From Eledone cirrhosa (lineage: Eukaryota), in NCBI GenBank assembly GCA_964016885.1, contig OZ024745.1, forward strand, positions 15,500,001-15,564,000: DNA of 64,000 nt. Direction: 5' to 3'. Below the pieces are notes generated by a model. The model searched no databases, was not told the DNA's origin, and saw nothing but the letters and a program-made list of their open reading frames with translations. The position numbers and the translations under genes are program-made. Of this stretch, positions 1 to 12,676 are shown piece by piece. Each line of letters begins with the position of its first letter. Position 1 is the stretch's first letter.

Positions 1-277
1 TGCCCCTCGGTCTCTCAGGCCCTCGATCTCACTGCCCCTCAGTTTCATGGCCCCGCGGTCTCAATGCCCCTCGGTCTCACGGCCCCTCGGTCTCACGGGC
101 CCTCCATCTCACTGCCCTTCAGTTTCACGGCTCCGCGGTCTCAATGCTCCTCGGTCTCACGGCCCCAAGGTCTCACGGCCCCAAGGTCTCACGGGCCCTC
201 GATCTCACTGCTCCTCAGTTTCCCGGCCCCGCGGTCTCACGATCTCTCGGTCTCACGGCCCCGCGGTCTCATGGCCT
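1..277. repeat. GC-rich minisatellite, ~16-bp unit (CGGTCTCACGGCCCCT), truncated at the window start
   Basis: Unit recurs at 16-bp spacing (e.g. 72, 88). It explains ORFs 47..412 and 64..336. Confidence 0.9.
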
Positions 278-1036
278 CTATCTACCACAGATATCGTAAA
301 AAGCACAAGACTAAAAAAATATATTATACAATATAATGTTAAATTCAATGGAACAAATATTTTAAATGTATTTCGGAGATATTTTGTGATTAACGTAATT
401 TTAATTATCTAATTCAAACAGAGTCTGCTGAAAGTTGAAGAAAATATTTTCCTCTAAATGGTTCCCTGTGGAGCTCCTGACTGACTCTGCTGCAATGTTG
501 TCTAGAGGAATGTAATCTAATGGAGTCGATGTAGCAGATAGTGACGAATAAACAGGCAGAGTTTGTCTAATCTCATTGTTCTGTTGACAATAACAGCAAA
601 ATTGTTTGAAGAGAAAACAGTCTGTCCACAAATATTGATTATGTCTCACTTCATAAGAGAAGCGTGGAGAAATGAGAGGACAGAGGCGGGGGAGGATAGT
701 ATAATACCAAAGAAGAAGCTGAATTGTGTAGACTGAACTAATCACATTAGTGGCTATATCATCGTAGAAAATTCAACGTCTTATCTGGACTCAACCGAGA
801 CTGAAATGGCTTCTACACATTTGCATACTTGCATACATCATTGAATAGAGACAGTACATATATACACACAATACACACACAACCTGTCATACAAAGAACA
901 CGCATATACATACATACATATACTATATATATGTGTGTGTGTGTGTGTGTGTGCGTGTGCGTGTGTGTGTGTGTGTGTCTGAGTGTGTGTGTGTGTGTGT
1001 GTGTCTGTGTCTCAGTGAGTGTGTGTGTCTCAGTGA

Positions 1037-1075
<39 letters not shown>

Positions 1076-1320
1076 TGTACACGGCTACATTAATCAATCA
1101 ACATTGTTATGTTTTTGAGATATTGTTTACGTAGGATGGTGAAAATATTTGAGAATTGTTTTATGTCCTTTTGTGTTTGTATAAAGCAAATATTAACTGA
1201 CCACCGCCTCTTGAATTTACCTGATCACAACATGGAACAATGTAATGAACTGACAGTCTAGAAAAAGGAAGCAAGGAACACTGAAATTCGATCACTGAGT
1301 TTAATCCCAGACAAAGTTTA

Positions 1321-1478
1321 TGGGCGATGAGTTGGCAGAGTCGTTAGAACGTCGGAGAGAATGCTTGGCGGCATTTGTTCCGGCTCTCTGCTCTCCGAGT
1401 TCAAATCGGGCCGAGTTCAACTTTGCCTTTTATTCTGTCGAGGTCGATAAAAAAGTACCAGTCTAGTACTTGGGTGTC
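1321..1478 (+). mobile_element. Octopus-type tRNA-derived SINE (family A), diverged copy
   Basis: TTGGCAGAGTCGTTAG A-box-like head, GAGTTCAAATC B-box, CTTTGCCTTT..GGTCGATAAAAAAGTACCAG core shared with more than 10 copies in the window. Confidence 0.75.
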
Positions 1479-1897
1479 GATTCTTCCTCTATATCTCGTT
1501 CTCACTTCCTTCTCTCTCTCTCTCTCTCTCTCTTGCTATCCTTCTCTGAAAGAAATCTGCTCTACACAAGCCTAGAGAGGGATGGGCTCTGTCAGGCTTA
1601 ACCCTTTAGCATTTACATTACTCTATATATACTATTGGATTTTGATGGTAAACACTTTACCTTACATAATATCGAATCTATGAGATTTTGATATTATTTA
1701 TTTTGAGAACAATACCTTAAAGTCGGTTTGAGGGGCAAGTTACAGCTGATTTGAACAGAAAAGAGTGAGATAATTCTGGCCGGATATGGCCTGTTTAAAT
1801 GCTAAAGGGTTAAAATGCCCTAGAAACATCGTGTGCCAGTACGACGTCCCTACACCTCCCTCAGATGTTAAGGGACAACACCATACCACCAAGTTTA

Positions 1898-2003
1898 TAG
1901 CGACGTGAAATAAAGTGTCTTGTTCAAGGACACAACGCGCCGCCGGGAATCGAACTCACAACCTTGCGATTGTAAGCCAAATACCCTAACTACAAAGCCA
2001 TGT
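1898..2003 (-). mobile_element. tRNA-derived SINE head (family B)
   Basis: Reverse complement TGGCTTTGTAGTTAGGG...GAGTTCGATTCCC...GTTGTGTCCTTGAACAAGACACTTTATTTCACG, homologous to 54745-54870 and 56638-56760. Confidence 0.7.
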
Positions 2004-4211
2004 ATAAGTGATTGAGTATTCCACCAACACGTGTACCCTTGATGTACTTCCCAAGCCGAATCAGCGTAACACATCAAGGGACAAGGCTAACCCTTAAAAG
2101 ACATATAAGATCCGTCCAATAGGTTTCTACACAATTTTCGTCAACGCAATTTCCTTGGGTTGATCCGAAGCTATGGTAAAGTCACTTGTCTAAGTCACCA
2201 CATTGTACTATCAAACCTCGAACCTCTTAATTTTAAAGCGAATTTCTTAATCATCCAGCCACTGGTGGAGTTACACTTTGTCAAATAGACAGAATGTGCT
2301 TGCTTGATGCAAAGATTTCCCTATTTACTGTCGCATATACGATACTAATGGTCAGGTCAGGTTTCTGCCTGCTACTGGTACCATATAATCCAATACAACC
2401 TGTTTCATGCTCGAGTATTCGGTGACTAAAGCGCCCCCTCCCACAAGAACCTGGTCGAACCCCAGTGGCACAAAACGAAAGAGCTGTAACACGGGCGGAT
2501 GAACTCCTCGGAGTCAATGACTATTCACTTCCACTATGGTTTAAGTAGCCTCACCAACCCCCAACTGACTAAGCGTGGTGAGTCCAGCTAACCCCTGACA
2601 TGACCAATACCAAACAGAAAGCGGTGTGGATCAACTAGGATTGAGGAGGCCTTAGCTTGGATTGGTTCCAATATTTAATGAACAATTAATCCTGCAAAGA
2701 TTCTTTGTTACTCTAGATTTTTTAGCAGACAGTTTGTTTTATGTATAACTGTGTATATCTGGTTTAGAACAAGTATACCGTATCCCCGTGTTTCGTAAGA
2801 GGCGGCTAAAAAGGATGGCTTCAAGAATGGCACCCAGTTATAGAACATTGTCTCAATAAACGACGAGTGTTATTAAATATGTCATGGCGCCGACATGGCT
2901 AAACCTTGCTCTAGCAGGAAATAGCCTCAAAATACTTGTGTTTTCGCTGCTTAGTCGTGGAGAAAAAGGAAACACTTATGATTCTTTTCAATGTCTCCTA
3001 GACTGATTCAATGAAGGGGGGAAGGTTTCCTCAAACTGGGTATCTGCCTCGATTGCTTGCCACAGAGAGGACTCTGCAAAAGACACCTAAGTACCAAATG
3101 GGGTGTTAAATCGAGTGACAGATTCAGTCTTCTTCCACCCAACAATTAAGTATATCACGCAACACTACTTCTACCACACAGGATTACGAATAACCCTACT
3201 TTCTGTGAGTTTACGATGTAGAAGTATGAGTGTTAGCAGAGTCACTGAAAAGCCAAATCCACACACACACCCATTAATGACGTAAGACATGAACGATTAA
3301 TGGGAATGTTACAGTGCTTTCATGATTGTCTCTTAATTAACTGCGAGGCTTAATGAACTGAGGAAGCTAAAATGTAGCCAATTTATGGTCTCATCCAAAC
3401 AGATACTAAATTTAATCATTAAACAGACCCCCCACACACACACTAACTCTCATTTCCTTATATACACACATATACAGAAACATCCACGGAAGCATGCATA
3501 CACTCATTCATAAACAAACGTATGAAACATGTACATTCACACATGAACAAAAATCTATGCCCCAAAATATGCATACATACACACAGAGACACACAGACAC
3601 ATACTTGCATTCATGCACATGCATAAACAATAGCATAAACACGAAACATGCAGATACACACATAAAGAATACTTATGCACATATACACATACACAAAAGC
3701 ATATATATAAAATAATGCACACACACACACACACTGGCACACACTTGCATATATGCACATGCATAAAATAAGTATAAGCAAAGACATACTCACACAGACA
3801 AAAGCACATGTACAAAAATATGCACATACACTCACGCTTGTTGATATACACTTGCATACATGCATAAATAAATGTAAAACACAAAGCATGCACATACAAA
3901 CGTAAACAAATACATATGTACAAAACAAATGTCTGACAGGTAGCGAGTGGAGTTCCCGAATGTGTCAATGTGAACATGGACTTATCGCATCGAGTCCTCC
4001 AGATCTTATCTTGATAGGGTATTCTGTAGGAAAGTAAATACATCTAGCATAGGCTGTCCTCAATTGAAAGTGGTCGACTACACAGATCATAAATTTATGA
4101 TCTATACAGTCGACTTAGATTTGATTCACAGATAGGAACCCGGTTACTGGAAGCTGAGTGCACACTTTCTGGCGTAATCTTTCCTTATTATCAGTATTAT
4201 TATTATCAAAA

Positions 4212-4411
4212 GGGCGGTGAATTGGCAGTATCGGTAGAGGGTCGGACGCCATGCTTTACAACATAGAGTTACGGCCCTTTATGGTCTGAGTTCAAATCCC
4301 GCCGAGGTTAACTTTGCCTTTCATCCTTACGGGGTCGACAAAATAAAATACCAGTAATGTACTGGTATAATTGCTGGCCTTGTGCCAAAACTAGAAACCA
4401 TTATTATTATT
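4212..4411 (+). mobile_element. SINE family A, near full length with (ATT)n tail
   Basis: GGGCGGTGAATTGGCAG head, GAGTTCAAATCCCGCC B-box, conserved core, ATT-repeat tail. Confidence 0.85.
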
Positions 4412-4437
4412 ATGAGAGAGAAGAGGAGAGAGGAGAG

Positions 4438-4472
<35 letters not shown>

Positions 4473-5475
4473 TAAGAAAGAGATACAGCAGAAGAGTGAA
4501 CCCAAGTACTAGAATGGTACTTTATTTAATGATTTCGAAAGAATGAGTGCCGACCTTAGCGATATTTGAACTCAGGGCGCAAAAAAACGGGACGAACGCC
4601 GTCAAGTATTCTGTCCACTATTCTAAGGCCTCTTCGATGTCGTATATCTACAACGGAAGACTAAAAGAAATACTATATAGGAGAGATGGTAATGAATTGG
4701 AGAGGGAAAGACAAGAACTAAGGCATTAATTTAGAGTCCGGAGTAGAGATATCGATGTTTCATATAAAATCCTTTCAATTTCGCCATTTTAATTAACTAA
4801 TTTAAAAAAATCAAAAGTAAATCCTCCTTCTCCTCCTTTTTATTATTTTTTTCTTTTATTTTCCTTCTCCTTCCTTTTTTCTTTTCGCCGCCTTCACCTT
4901 CATTGTCTTCCCCTCACCCCTCTCCTCTTTCTTCTTTTTCCTCAATTTTAAATTTTGTTCTTCTTTTTATATTTTAATTTTTCACTCTCTTCTTCGTCTT
5001 TTCCTCCCCCTCTCCCTGTTCCCCTTCTTTATCTTATTCTCTTCTCAGTTTCTTTAGGATTTCTTCAAGAAACAGAAACCTTCACTGAATTAAAACGGAA
5101 GGAAAAGGGTGAGAGTATATTTTGATTCAATCTAGGTGGTTATCGTTAAATCGAAGACGACGTGCTTACAGGAGAACAAAATTCTCACGATGCTGAGAAA
5201 GCACGTGCTAGTTTCGGATTTGTCTAAATTTCAATGAGGAGTTCCGTGGCAATTTCTATGAAAGTCAGTGCTAGCTTTGATTTGTAATGTTAAAGTGATT
5301 ATATATCATTTGAAATGGCTGATTCACGTGTTTTGTATCGATAACGCGATGGCAGAAAACACTTCATTTGAGTCTTCTGAGAAAACTTGCCCAATCGAGT
5401 AGAAGAAAAAGTTGACAGAAGATAAATATTTTTCAACTTGCGAAAATCTGAATGTAAGGATATAGTGTGTATATT

Positions 5476-5748
5476 TCTTCTTCTTCTTCTTCTTCTTCTT
5501 CTTCTTCTTCTTCTTCTTCTTCTTCTTCTTCTTCTTCTTCTTCTTCTTCTTCTTCTTCTTCTTCTTCTTCTTCTTCTTCTTCTTCTTCAGAGGAGGAGGA
5601 GGATCGAGAGGGCAGAATCCTCAAGTACCCATGCCAGTGGGTCCTGTCAAAAGCAACCGTCTCCAGTTCATCTGCCAAAATCCCCAAGCGAGACTAGCCG
5701 AACTCATGATGTTGCCAGGTTCTACCCTGGGTCTTCAGTCGGTTAGAT
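5476..5748 (-). mobile_element. 3' end of RTE-type LINE with (GAA)n tail
   Basis: Translation ..LGILADELETVAFDRTHWHGYLRILP resembles an RTE ORF C-terminus and runs into a GAA microsatellite. Confidence 0.65.
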
Positions 5749-7454
5749 TTGCCAGTATATATATATACTGATAGATATTCATGCTTCGTAATATAGTCAT
5801 AATTATTTAATAGACGTAGTTATGATTGCGGGATTAAGAATTATGCTTATGTAGTGTATCTTCGCGGCATTGTGAATGTTAAACATTAAACATTCTGAAC
5901 ATTGTGGCTTCTGACCTCATCGTGAAGATATATGGTTCTGTGGAACGAGATCTTTATCCATCTCTACATACGGCCTATACTTATATAGAATATCATATAA
6001 ATATTACTACGAGATTATATTCAACTTCATTTCCGTAATACATCAACGTAATAAACTCCCCTTTTTATGGCTCTCAGATTTTTAGTTCGTATATCAGGAT
6101 TTGAGTTTGAAGGATAATAAAAACAATGTAGTTGCAGCAGCATAGAGACTTGTTCTTAAATGTTCAAAGACACTCAACGTGTGCTGTTGTCATATATATA
6201 GCTAATATGTCATCTGATATCCTGTTCATGGGTTGAATAATATATCATTTCACACCTGGGTAAAATAATATCAGGCCCAAACCTCGTACCTTGTCATGCC
6301 GAAAACCACAAGTTGACGAAGTACCCATTACTCCCTAATAGGTTTCTTATTGAACTCATAACGGTAGACATGGGTTCGTGAACCAACTCCCTACTCACTT
6401 TGATCGGGGTGGAGATGGCAATTGGCTAGAACGAGACCCGTGAGGTTAACTGGCTCTTTCAGTGCTTCTTTCATGCTATGCTCCGGGGTAATACATACAC
6501 CATTTTTTTCCATAAGAACTATGAAACATTTTCACTACACGCCGGGATTCTCTTTATTTATTAAAGTCCTAACTGGACTATTAGTTAATTCTGGTCTTAC
6601 ACCAGAGTTTATCTTATTCAGTTTGAAATACATCTGAATCTCGAACAGAAAATATTTCATGTTCCCAAATTCGAAATCTTTAAATGATGTTAATTGACAT
6701 TGCAAGAATCTCGCAGGCTACAATCTAAACTCTACGCGGAAAAATTCTATAAATCATCCCTGAAAATATATTTATTATCAGTTTGATGTAACATCAGTGT
6801 AAAAAGAAAAGAAATGTTAAATTTATCTCACAAAAACCATGGCTTCTTGACAAATCTCTTTTGAATATTCATGCTTTGAAAAATGGCCATAATTCTTCAA
6901 CCAGTTATCAACCTAACATCATAGAAAAGAGAGAAAGAGGAGAATTTCGCAATCAATTGGAGTCTTATTTTTTATCATTTAATTAGCATATTAAATTGAT
7001 TTATTGCATTAAAAGTCAAAATAGGTTTCGTGGTTTACTTTCTTATATATTTTCTTATTTCAGTCCCAGAATGAAAACGATTGATTTTCTATATTAATTT
7101 GGAATTCTTTTTCATTTTTTTCCGTTTCTTCTCTAGCAAGGAATAATGGCGTGGTGTAGAGAGGGTGAGTATGTGGGGTTGGAACAGATGTGGTACACAT
7201 ATTACAGTTTCAAAAATTTGATATTTTTCCGATTTATATATATATCCAATTTATATACATGGGTGTGGGGGGGGGGGGGGTATACGTATTTAAATATATT
7301 TAGAAATCGTCATCGTCAATAAATCAGTAGACATGCAATTCATATTTCAACTAGTTTTACACTGATTTTATTATTATTGTATATATGTATGTATGCATGA
7401 CAGAATAATAGATGATACGTCATACAAACGTAGTGTGAGATGTCGAGGTTGCGT

Positions 7455-7601
7455 CAGTATCGGTAGAGGGTCGGACGACATGCTTTGCAGCATAGAGTTA
7501 TGGCCCTTGCCATTCTGAGTTCAAATCTCGCTAAGGTTAACTTTGCCTTTCATCCTTACGAGGTCGATAAAATAAAGTACCAGTAATGCACTGGGTAATT
7601 A
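7455..7601 (+). mobile_element. SINE family A
   Basis: Close match to 4226-4372. Confidence 0.8.
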
Positions 7602-7623
7602 CAATATATATATATATATATAT

Positions 7624-7832
7624 ACAGGGGCGGTGGAAGCATTTCTGAATTGGGCGAGGGGCAAATTTGAACAATTTAGATGTGATTAGTTTAGCTCAGA
7701 AAACTTCTATATGCGATAAACATTCTTGTACATAAATTGTAGCGCATATCCAAATAGATGTGTTTCGGTAGTTTAGGGAGAAAATATATTTATTGGTGCA
7801 CCCACCCTCACCCCCCAGTTCCCCCGCCAATG
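7624..7832. mobile_element. Short MITE-like element
   Basis: Imperfect terminal inverted repeats CAGGGGCGGTGGAA / TTCCCCCGCCAATG, flanked by TA. Confidence 0.45.
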
Positions 7833-7976
7833 TACATATATATAAAAAAATGTTGCTCTGTGCCATTTCCTCGGGGGTTAATATATCGAGCTTCTTCGCA
7901 TTTGGTAAGAAACTGGTATTATACCCAATTTATCAATCTCCTATATATATATTCATTTTTCCATTAACATTACAAG

Positions 7977-8063
7977 TGGTCTGACGAGCCGCGGATTACA
8001 GAGTCGGGTCAGCTCGATAGAGATCGAACCTTGAGCTGATCAGTGGTGAAACGTGCGTCACCA
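7977..8063 (+). ncRNA. Type-I HHR-like motif in a fold-back repeat (degenerate inverted copy 8132-8217)
   Basis: tggt CTGACGA gccgc..gtggt GAAA cgtgcg TC acca; GUC cleavage triplet. Confidence 0.75.
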
Positions 8064-8241
8064 ACCAATAGACGTAATGAAGGAGTAATATAACAAGTAC
8101 GATTTGTTAAGCCTTCATTACGTTTATTGATTGGTGACGCGCGTCTCACTATTGATCAATTCAAGGTTCGATCTGTATCGATTTAGCCCGACTCTGGAAT
8201 CAAAATCTCATCGGACCCCTGCTGTAATGTATACACACATT

Positions 8242-8379
8242 CATTTATTATGGCTATTGGTGAGCTTTGTTACTCTAGAGTTTCACCTGCTCACTCACAG
8301 TATGTCATGTCTGATGATCCTGTGAGTGAGCAGGTGAGACTCCAGAGTAACTAAGCTCCCCACTTAGCCATAATAAATG
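8242..8379 (+). ncRNA. Fold-back repeat containing an HHR-like motif (8308-8351)
   Basis: tgt CTGATGA tcctg..caggt GAGA ctccagag TA ac. The opposite arm preserves GAAA ctctagag TA aca. Confidence 0.65.
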
Positions 8380-8428
8380 GACATTTAAACTCTACTTCAG
8401 TATTGAGTTTTCATTTTTACATCCGCCA

Positions 8429-8853
8429 ATACTCCCAGGTCTTGAATAATCGTCCCCCCCCCCCTTATTAATTTGTCAGATTTTTCCCCCCTCATCCCGG
8501 TTTTTATTCCACTCCACACCCCACTCGTTTATTACATTTTGCTAATCAATCTCCGGCGAAATGTTATTGTAAGTGATTTATATTGATACAGCAGCTGGCG
8601 AATCTAATAATTGTTTCTACTTTTGGTACAAGGCCAGCAATTAACCAGTGTATTACTGGTACTTTACTTTAGTACCAGTAATGGAGAATCTAATAAAAAA
8701 TGTATTTTACATTAAAAAACATTATATATGACAAACGAAGAACATTACAAGAAATCCCATATTTAAGAACTTACACTAAACAATTACAGATTTCCTAAGC
8801 TGCCCCCCCCCCTCCCATTATTGCCCCCCTCCTATTATTTAGAACCCAAGAGT
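8429..8853. mobile_element. MITE-like element with a nested SINE A fragment (~8605-8680, minus strand)
   Basis: Imperfect TIRs TACTCCCAGGTCTTGAATAAT / ATTATTTTAGAACCCAAGAGTG. Confidence 0.4.
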
Positions 8854-9244
8854 GCCACCAATTTCTCCTCCTCTCTATGGCTATCGCACAAAAATCTCTT
8901 TTAATCCCCCTCTCTGTATCTACTGAAACCAAACTCTACCCCTTTCTATATCTACCACGACACCACCTCTTTTATTCCACTCTATATCTAAGAATAATAC
9001 ATTCTTTCACTCTCTATGAATATCTAGACTTATCTCTCCCAATCCCCTTCTCTATATCAATCACCCTTAAACTCTCACCCTCTCTATATCAATTACCACC
9101 AAACTCTCCCCTCTCTATATCTATATCTGTCTCTCCCATCTATCTCTACATAACATGTACCTAAATTGTAGCACATATACAAATAGATATTTGTTTTAGT
9201 AGTTTGGGGAGGAAAGTATAATTATCGCGGGGGGGGGGGGGGGG

Positions 9245-9453
9245 CAACGACGTATTATGTTCGCTATCTTCCGTTCATTGCCAGAGAACGTCTTCACGAA
9301 CCAAAGTATTGTCTTCCTGTTGTCCGTCGGTTGCAACATTTTTCGAAATATTTACTTCTGCGTTTACAGATTGATTTATTTTAGTTTCAGAAAATCCCGT
9401 TAAGGGTGAGAGCAGCGATTCTTTGCTTAAACTTTAATCTGTTATTTTAATAA
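9245..9453 (+). mobile_element. PLE pseudo-LTR (pLTR) fragment with a U4A HHR-like motif (9383-9433)
   Basis: Reverse-complement homologue of 30247-30450. Confidence 0.75.
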
Positions 9454-9663
9454 AGTTAGTTACCTAGAGAAAGTTCATAACTTAGTAAAGAATGATAGAT
9501 GAAGACAAACAAAAGCTGTCTATTTAACAAAATGTTGTTCAGTGTGGAAAGAAATGGAGTAGACGTCCAGGTGTTCAGTCAATGGAACAGGCAGCACATG
9601 AAATTACTGTGCAAGTGGCTGAGCATTCTAAAGTCAAATGTAACCATAACGTAATTCTCTGGG

Positions 9664-10462
9664 AGATTCAATATGACAGTGTGTCAAAGGCTGAGCTTTT
9701 GAGATACAGTAGATTCAATATGACAGTATGTCAAAAGCTGACCTTTTGAGGTACAGTAGATTCAATATGACAGTGTGTCAAAGGCTTACCTTTTGAGGTA
9801 CAGTAGATTCAATATGACAGTGTGTCAAAAGCTGACCTTTTGAGGTACAGTAGATTCAATATGACGGTGTGTCAAAGGCTGACCTTTTGAGGTACAGTAG
9901 ATTCAATATGACAGTGTGTCAAAGGCTGATCTTTTGAGGTACAATAGATTCAATATGACAGTGTGTCAAAGGCTGACCTTTTGAGGTACAATAGATTCAA
10001 TATGACAGTGTGTCAAAGGCTGACCTTTTGAGGTACAATAGATTCAATATGACAGTGTGTCAAAAGCTGACCTTTTGAGGTACAGTAGATTCAATATGAC
10101 AGTGTGTCAAAGGCTGACCTTTTGAGGTACAGTAGATTCAATATGACAGTGTGTCAAAAGCTGACCTTTTGAGGTACAATAGATTCAATATGACAGTGTG
10201 TCAAAAGCTGACCTTTTGAGGTACAGTAGATTCAATATGAGAGTGTGTCAAAGGCTGACCTTTTGAGGTACAGTAGATTCAATATGACAGTGTGTCAAAG
10301 GCTGACCTTTTGAGGTACAATAGATTCAATATGACAGTGTGTCAAAGGCTGACCGTTTGAGGTACAGTAGATTCAATATGACAGTGTGTCAAAAGCTGAC
10401 CTTTTGAGGTACAGTAGATTCAATATGACAGTGTGTCAAAGGCTGACCTTTTGAGGTACAGT
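9664..10462. repeat. 47-bp minisatellite, ~17 copies
   Basis: Unit AGATTCAATATGACAGTGTGTCAAAGGCTGACCTTTTGAGGTACAGT at 47-bp spacing, with no spacers. Confidence 0.95.
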
Positions 10463-10507
10463 TCAACCATGTTTCTAACAATTTCTGTACACCCAATTTC
10501 CTTTTTA

Positions 10508-10742
10508 AGGCTATGGTAAACACGAGGTTACAGTGAAATGGAGGCTATAATGAACACGAGGCTATGGTGGACTCGAGGCTCTGGTGGACTCGAGGCTATA
10601 GTGAACTCGAGGCTATAGTGAACGTGAGACTTTGGTAAACACGAGATTATGGTAAACACGAAGCTATGGTAAACTCAAGGCTACGGTGAAACGGAGACTA
10701 TAGTGAACATGAGGCGATGGTGAACTCGAGGCTATAGTGAAT
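10508..10742. repeat. 17-bp minisatellite (GAGGCTATAGTGAACTC) inside a minus-strand SINE
   Basis: Period 17 (10575, 10592, 10609). The tRNA-like SINE head lies at 10745-10825 on the minus strand. Confidence 0.85.
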
Positions 10743-12077
10743 GCCAATTGTTCAAGATATCATGCAAGGGGATCGAACCAACAACCGTGTGATTGCAAAG
10801 CGAAATTCTTAACCATTCTGCCATGTTGAACTTTGAAGTAGATAATAGACAAATGAGCAGGTTTCGAAGTCTGATGTTAGCCACTAGGTAATTAGATGGA
10901 TTGGTAGGTTCATAGATAGATACGTAAGTAGGTAGGTACATATATTTGTAAGTAATAATGTTAAAAGTGGCTGTGTTAAAGTGGAGATGACTAATCTTTC
11001 TAACAATATATTTAGACAATATGATTGGTCAAAACAAAAACACTGCAGTTTTTATAATATTACTCAGAGCGGACATACATGGATTATGTAGGTTTTAGTT
11101 AACAATATTAATGTCAAATTCGTTTGTGTTAACAATACTAATACTAACAATACTCGAATTAAATGATTTGCTATTGACAATCGTGTAAATTTACATTACT
11201 TGTTTTTTTATGCTCGAGCCATCTGTTGCAAAACCGGGAAAGAGCCATCCTCTATTAAACCGGCAACGAGCCATCTCCTACTAAACCGGCAACGAGCCAT
11301 CCTCTACTAAACTGGGAACGTCACTCTAGTGTATCACTCTAGTGTGTGGAATGGAGCGTGGATAGACATACATACGTGACATATATATGTCATCCAACAA
11401 GAAGTTGACGACCATCCACCAAACCTACAAATGGTGTAGAACCCCATTAAGGTTTTCACATCCAGGCATTACTAACTCGCCCGGCAACCCCATTACCCTG
11501 TTGTCTCTCTCAGAAGTACTCATCTTTACTTTCTTCTGAGCAAAGATGGCCTAGGCGATAAAAGTTCGTTGACAAGTACGACGACCACCCAAGACGACTT
11601 CAATTAGTCTTGTCTGAAAGTATCATCATTTCACCATAACCGCCAGTAACCTCCCTTGTATAGATAAACTGTGACGGTACATGTAATGATTGTTAGTAAG
11701 CGATGTTGTTCCTGTATTGGACTGATATAATTTTCGTAAGGGAATGGTAAAGTTAACTTAATATAGTTCAGCATATTGCTGATAGTCAAGTTATAAAACG
11801 TGCGAGCAGTGAAGGTGAAAGAGAGACGGGTTGAACCGAATTTCACTTTTATTTCTCCATAATTGCTGATGTGTTCATTGAATAGAAATAAATATTATTT
11901 CTATTACTTTCGTAATAAAGTAATAATCAGCTTCAGGACATTTCTCTATATTGTTCGTTTCTTCCATCATTGAATATCTCTCAACACTACTACACACACA
12001 CACATACGTATGCTTATGCATGTATGTATGTGTTTATATATGTATGTATGCATGTATGTATGCATGCATATATTACA

Positions 12078-12281
12078 CAGAGTGGCCCAAAAGTCACACA
12101 GGGGTCGCACCTGTTTATAATTTTTTAATTTAATTTTTCGTAAGTAATTTAGAGGTGTGACAAGGGTTGACGAGTGCAAAACAATTTCCATTTTGTCCTT
12201 TACGTTGTATCATACATCAATCTGTACAATTCAGGAAGTTAATAAAAACTAAAACTCCTGTGAGACTTTTGGGCCACCCTG
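12078..12281. mobile_element. Tc1/mariner-type MITE
   Basis: TIRs CAGAGTGGCCCAAAAGTCACACAGG / CCTGTGAGACTTTTGGGCCACCCTG, with TA at the right end. Confidence 0.8.
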
Positions 12282-12432
12282 TATATATATAGCAAAGCAC
12301 TCAATAAGGGTAGGCCCTCAGAGTAATAAGATACGTTTATTGAAAATTGAAAATTGAAAATTGCGGCAGGCAAAACCCAGACATACAATACCAAAACAAC
12401 GAAAAATCTAATCAGGTTAGACAACATTATAT

Positions 12433-12627
12433 CAAGGTTAACTTTGCCTTTCATCCTTACGGGGTCGATAAAATAAAGTACCAGTAATGTACTGGGTAAT
12501 TGCTGGCCTTGTTCCTAAAGTAGAAACAATTATATATATATACGGCCCTTGCCATTCTGAGTTCAAATCCCGCCGAGGTTAACTTTGCCTTTAATCCTTA
12601 CGGGGTCGATAAAATAAAGTACCAGTA

Positions 12628-12630
<3 letters not shown>
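12433..12630 (+). mobile_element. Two partial tandem SINE A copies
   Basis: SINE core present twice. Confidence 0.8.

Positions 12631-12676
<46 letters not shown>

Noticed and set aside
1898-2003. tRNA genes (also 10745-10825, 24790-24870, 56638-56700)
   Set aside because: A/B boxes run into SINE bodies and there is no complete cloverleaf.
3930-4045. Possible small exon or RT fragment (VASGVP)
   Set aside because: Too short, stops nearby, no supporting motifs.
9664-10462. CRISPR-like array
   Set aside because: Contiguous 47-bp units with no unique spacers, no cas genes, eukaryotic context.
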